Assembly: GCA_025603075.1 (NCBI GenBank)
Contig: MU626349.1
Location: forward strand, 1-64,000
DNA: 64,000 nucleotides
Direction: 5' to 3'
From: Neoconidiobolus thromboides FSU 785
Taxonomy: Eukaryota > Fungi > Entomophthoromycota
The stretch's first letter is position 1; the number at the start of each line of letters is the position of its first letter. Below are positions 63,961-64,000 of this stretch, in pieces. The notes under the pieces are model-generated. The model was not told where the DNA came from, searched no databases, and saw only the letters and a list, made by a program, of their open reading frames with translations. The translations under genes and the position numbers were made by a program.

Positions 63961-64000
63961 TTCTCTAATTTTCAAAAAATTACTTATTTCAAATGAAAAC

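Noticed and set aside
1-64000. CRISPR array, rRNA, selenocysteine or stop read-through, recoded genetic code, non-canonical (AT-AC, GC-AG) introns
   Set aside because: The repeats are dispersed TIR elements, not regularly spaced. Every gene I traced spliced into open standard-code frames with GT-AG introns.

Overview
This is very AT-rich, intron-rich eukaryotic DNA. Short GT-AG introns (mostly about 45-60 nt), the gene content and the protein motifs point to an early-diverging fungus; a Zoopagomycota/Conidiobolus-like origin is my inference and is not verified. By manual splicing and motif recognition I support 25 protein-coding genes: a secreted CAP protein (partial), a PZP/PHD + Rua1_C protein, a GATA factor, ACO1, RRP12, RED/IK, PKA catalytic subunit, a chromo-like/PHD protein, importin-7/8, RPB10, LIP5, PNO1, INH1, YFH7-like kinase, holocytochrome c synthase, myosin light chain, ERV46, eIF3m, RBM48, MIS12, a membrane protein, TPC1, HOT/ADHFE1, a KIN1-like kinase and mitoribosomal mS34. 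Several of these are missing from, or fragmented in, the ORF track. The main non-coding feature is a ~104-bp MITE family (9 copies, ~17-bp TIRs, TA flanks) that shows CpG decay and forms two head-to-head pairs; there are also several weak transposon/pseudogene relics. I found no rRNA, tRNA or CRISPR array. The most interesting leads are RBM48 (a minor-spliceosome marker), two unusual chromatin-reader architectures, the near-perfect MITE palindrome, and a CAP protein that resembles the bacterial subtype. All family assignments come from motif recall, not database searches.
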